Of a stretch of DNA of 64,000 bases, positions 60,612-64,000 are shown piece by piece; within the stretch, counting starts at the first letter, position 1; each line of letters begins with the position of its first letter. The DNA comes from Nemertoderma westbladi (taxonomy: Eukaryota > Animalia > Xenacoelomorpha), in the NCBI GenBank assembly GCA_032718475.1, contig JAUCBJ010006752.1, forward strand, positions 1 to 64,000, in the 5' to 3' direction. Below the pieces are notes generated by a model, which did not search any database, was not told the DNA's origin, and saw only the letters and a list, made by a program, of their open reading frames with translations. The position numbers and the translations under genes were made by a program.

Positions 60612-61258
60612 TCTAGATGGCACATTCACAAGAATGCTACTCCGGGTTCACTGTGGCAAGTACAATGAACACATCTCCAATAAGACTCTATACAACATTG
60701 GAGGTGTTCCATTAATCACCCCTAGCTTGACACTTGAACGGAACCGCCTCCGCTTTGCAGGACATTGCTTTCGCCGTGAGGACCAGCCAGTGCATAATCT
60801 TGTACTTTGGCGGCCTCATGGAGCGAATAAGCATGGTGGCAGCCATGACTTTCTTGAGACGTATCTTAAAGGACACTGGCCTTGAAGATGCGGATGATCT
60901 AGCAAATGTCATGGGTGATTTCGAGTTGTGGCGGCGCAATTTTGTCGACAAGCCGGCACAGCTTTCTTAATATATATATAATGCAGCTGCAATGCAGCAT
61001 GCAATGCATCGTGATAGTAGTAGTCTACAGGGAGATTGTATTAGCCCTACGCAATTGGCTGCCACCATTCGCTTTCTGTTTGAAGCCGACGACCTGGCAA
61101 TCTACTCCCGAAATCCCATTGACATCCAGAACGCGTTAAATAAATTACATAAATGGTGCAATCTTAATGGAATGGAGGTCAATTTGGTGAAAACCAAAAT
61201 AATTAAGTTTAGAAAAGGCTTAGAAAAAATATACAGTAAAATTACTTTACGGTATTGA
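60612..61258 (+). mobile_element. Two degenerate LINE fragments (RTE-like C-terminus; RT core piece)
   Basis: LDGTFTRML..RLRFAGHCFR..LVLWRP; LQGDCISP..FEADDLAI..IQNALNKLHKWCNLNGMEVNLVKTKII. Confidence 0.7.
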
Positions 61259-61848
61259 AAAAGCTATTACGTTACGGTTTACGATACGGAAAAATATTGA
61301 ACTACGGAATTCCTGAAAAGATACCGTAACGTAACGTAATAACATCCTTTTCTCAAACTAATGTTATTAGCCAAAAAATAAGAGCTAGTCTGATTTTTGA
61401 CAAGCCTTCGAGCAGCACGATATTTTATAATTAAATACGGCCCTTTTCATAAAAAAAAACCTTTCACGGTACAGAATTGAATAAAATTGCTTGAATAAAT
61501 TCAAATTTTCATTTAAACTCTGCGGAGTAGCCGAACGTATGGGGGTGGTGGAAATTCAAAATGGCAGAAATAACATTTTTAAAAATAAATTCTACCAAAA
61601 CTGAAATAATATTGTTAAAGTCTAAATCAAGAAATCAATTACGAGATACAAATCTTGAAATGTTGTAAGTTATTTTCTGATAATATTTCATCGCCGCGCG
61701 GATTCACGGACTATTTGTTTCATTACAAATCGGAATATTAAATAACAAAATGATAATGGGAAAACATTAATATGTACATTATAAACACCGATGGATGGAT
61801 AAAACGAATGATAAATGAGAAACTACAATAGTTTATGAAATTATCGAT

Positions 61849-62587
61849 TTACACCGAGTGCGACCCGTAGTCAGTGGAACTACAGCTGTAGAACCACACG
61901 GTATTGGAATCCTTCGCAAAGTCCTTCTTCTCGTGGAGTCGTTCACCGGTGAAGAGATTAGCTGCGAGTAGAACCCGATAGGGGCGACAACTTTCCGAAG
62001 TGGATAAACTCTGGACGAGAACAGCGAGAAGGTAACGAACATCGGCGAACTGGTCGGGATCGGACCAGGGGTTACCTCGGAGTCGGATTACCATCGAGGT
62101 GCCCTCGTTTCGGACGCACTTGACCCCTCTGGACCAGTGGGCCGCGACGAGCGTGCGGATAAACTCGCCGACGTCGTCCGGGGCTCCGATAACGCGAACT
62201 TTACCGCGCTCGTTGGTGCTCACGGAGAAGGTGTTCAACGCGTAGCGATGCGTCGCCCTCTCGAACACGAAGAACCGGTGCGTCCGGAATATTTGGAAGT
62301 TGGACGGGGATACGGACCAGCCCTGTCCGGCGAGCGTGGCGAACACGCGTCCGAGGAGGAGTCGCGAGTCGATCGCTTCGTGGCTCGAACTCGGCGGCTT
62401 CCAGGGCTGCCCGCCCAACTCGTACTCCCAACTGCTGCCTAGCAACGTCTGGCCTTGGATACCGCGGGGCCAGGCTCGACGCAGCGCTCCCCTAACAACG
62501 GAGATCATGGCTTTAGGAGCGTCCGACAGACGGAGTCGATTGTGATTGGTTAATGAGATTAGAAGGCGTTGATTAGGGGGCTTCAAA
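61849..62587 (-). CDS. Last exon of an uncharacterised repeat-domain protein
   Basis: Acceptor tgtttcag at 62588. Two repeats of the pattern (L/V)R(L/V)xxAP..WxRG(I/V)..LxGxPW; the first is followed by LAGQGW. GC-rich coding composition. Confidence 0.8.
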
Positions 62588-63272
62588 CTGAAACAATGAT
62601 AAGGTAACTTTATAAGTAAAGTGTGATCGTAGTCCGGTACACTATTATAGTGATACAACAATTCTGATTAATAAACGTGATTAATGAACATATATTTCGT
62701 AACGACTTGCGGTGTATAAATTGTCAATAATAACGTTGAAATTAAACTTATGATCTAATAATGATAGGTAATAGAGTGAAACAATAATATGAATTGAAGA
62801 GGTTACAGAACTAGCTGGCATGCAGGAAGTAAGTAATTAAATCTAATAGCAAAAAAATTAGATAAAAATACTGTATTGAATTTCATATCTTTCAATTCTC
62901 CTCAATTCATTGTTCTACCCGATTACCTATATTTTCAGTAGGTCATACTTACTTATTCATTTAAACAATCTTATTATCAATTGATCTAATCAAGCACCAC
63001 TAGGCGTTATGAAATGTATTATACTTAATTTATCGCGCCACAAACTTTACTCGACTTTATATTCAATCTCAAACTTAGTTTATCAACGGCCTATCGCACT
63101 AATAGTGTCAAATAATTTGTATGTAAAATAAAGTAAAATGTATGTTGTATAAAGTGCTCTCGGTAATAATTGTAGAATGGCATATTAATTATATTTGACT
63201 ACCTAAAATAAGCAGAATCAAGAAACGTTTAAAGTTTGTAATAAAATAAATTAGTAACAAAATCCAGCTTAC

Positions 63273-63961
63273 CTGCATGTTAAGTAAATACAATCTGGTT
63301 TATTCATAGCGTGAAGGGAAGTTAAGAGATGCCAACCGGCGGTTGCGAGGACTTTGAGTAACCTGCCGACTATAGTTGATATGAGACCGGAAGCTGTGGG
63401 TCCGTCGTCCATCCACGGATAGCGACCTAGAGTGAGCACGTTGGTGGTACGGGGGCACGCGATATCGCTTACCAAGACGCCCTCGTCCGCTACTCGGAAC
63501 ACTGTCTGCACGGTGGCGACCAGTCGCGAAGGCGCGTTGATCAATGTCACTTTGTCGTATTCGGTGAAACATACGGATAGCGGCTCGCTCGACATGGGTT
63601 GCGCGTTCAGTTTACGGAACAGCCAGCAGGTTTCCTTGTAATAGCAGGAGATATCCGCGGACACCACCGCCCTCCAACCCAGACTGTCCAGTCTATAGAT
63701 GAGCACCGAACCGAATATCTGGAAGAATGTCGAGTCTTCCCACATCGAGTGCGGGTTGTGGTCTATCCTTATCGTGTGCTCGCCCGTGCATCCGGTTTCA
63801 ACCGAGACCTGTTTACCCCAGACCGTCGCCACGGCTTCTCGGATAACTTCGACCTCCACGGCCGTGGCGAACTGAATAGTCAGACAGTGATCGTTGCTGA
63901 TCCCCACGCTCAGGGTATCCATGGCAACGGGACGAATGTCTGTGGAATATCGCGTTCCCAT
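63273..63961 (-). CDS. Upstream exon of the same uncharacterised repeat-domain protein
   Basis: Two more repeats (LDSLGWRAVVS..WLFRK; LINAP..LGRYPW..LATAGW). Donor tgcAG|gtaagc is phase 2 and joins in frame to 62587. The gene may start upstream of the window. Confidence 0.78.
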
Positions 63962-64000
63962 ACCAACGTATGGACAACCGATTTATATAATAAATATATA

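Overview
AT-rich, repeat-rich eukaryotic (invertebrate metazoan-like) genomic DNA with GT-AG introns; species not determinable here. The minus strand carries four consecutive genes with uninterrupted CDSs: ALG14, puromycin-sensitive aminopeptidase, SNRNP27 and a very large 1965-aa CENP-C-like protein with internal repeats. It also carries ten phase-compatible 3' exons of PHF14 and a two-exon uncharacterised repeat-domain gene. The plus strand has an LU/three-finger terminal exon and a fibrinogen-domain exon truncated by a 3.2-kb TA-flanked foldback transposon. Orphan HCF1 and WD40 fragments, LINE/SINE remnants, Helitron/Helentron-like elements, P-superfamily-like MITEs and several satellites fill the rest. 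Most striking: (1) three PHF14 introns hold tandem arrays built from the adjacent splice signal itself (donor, exon end plus donor, branch point plus pyrimidine tract); (2) PHF14 appears to have gained C2H2 and GATA-type zinc-finger exons; (3) a probable P-element excision footprint matches a MITE in the same window; (4) the giant intronless CENP-C has an atypical motif. Coordinates were counted by eye, and family assignments come from recalled motifs, not database searches.
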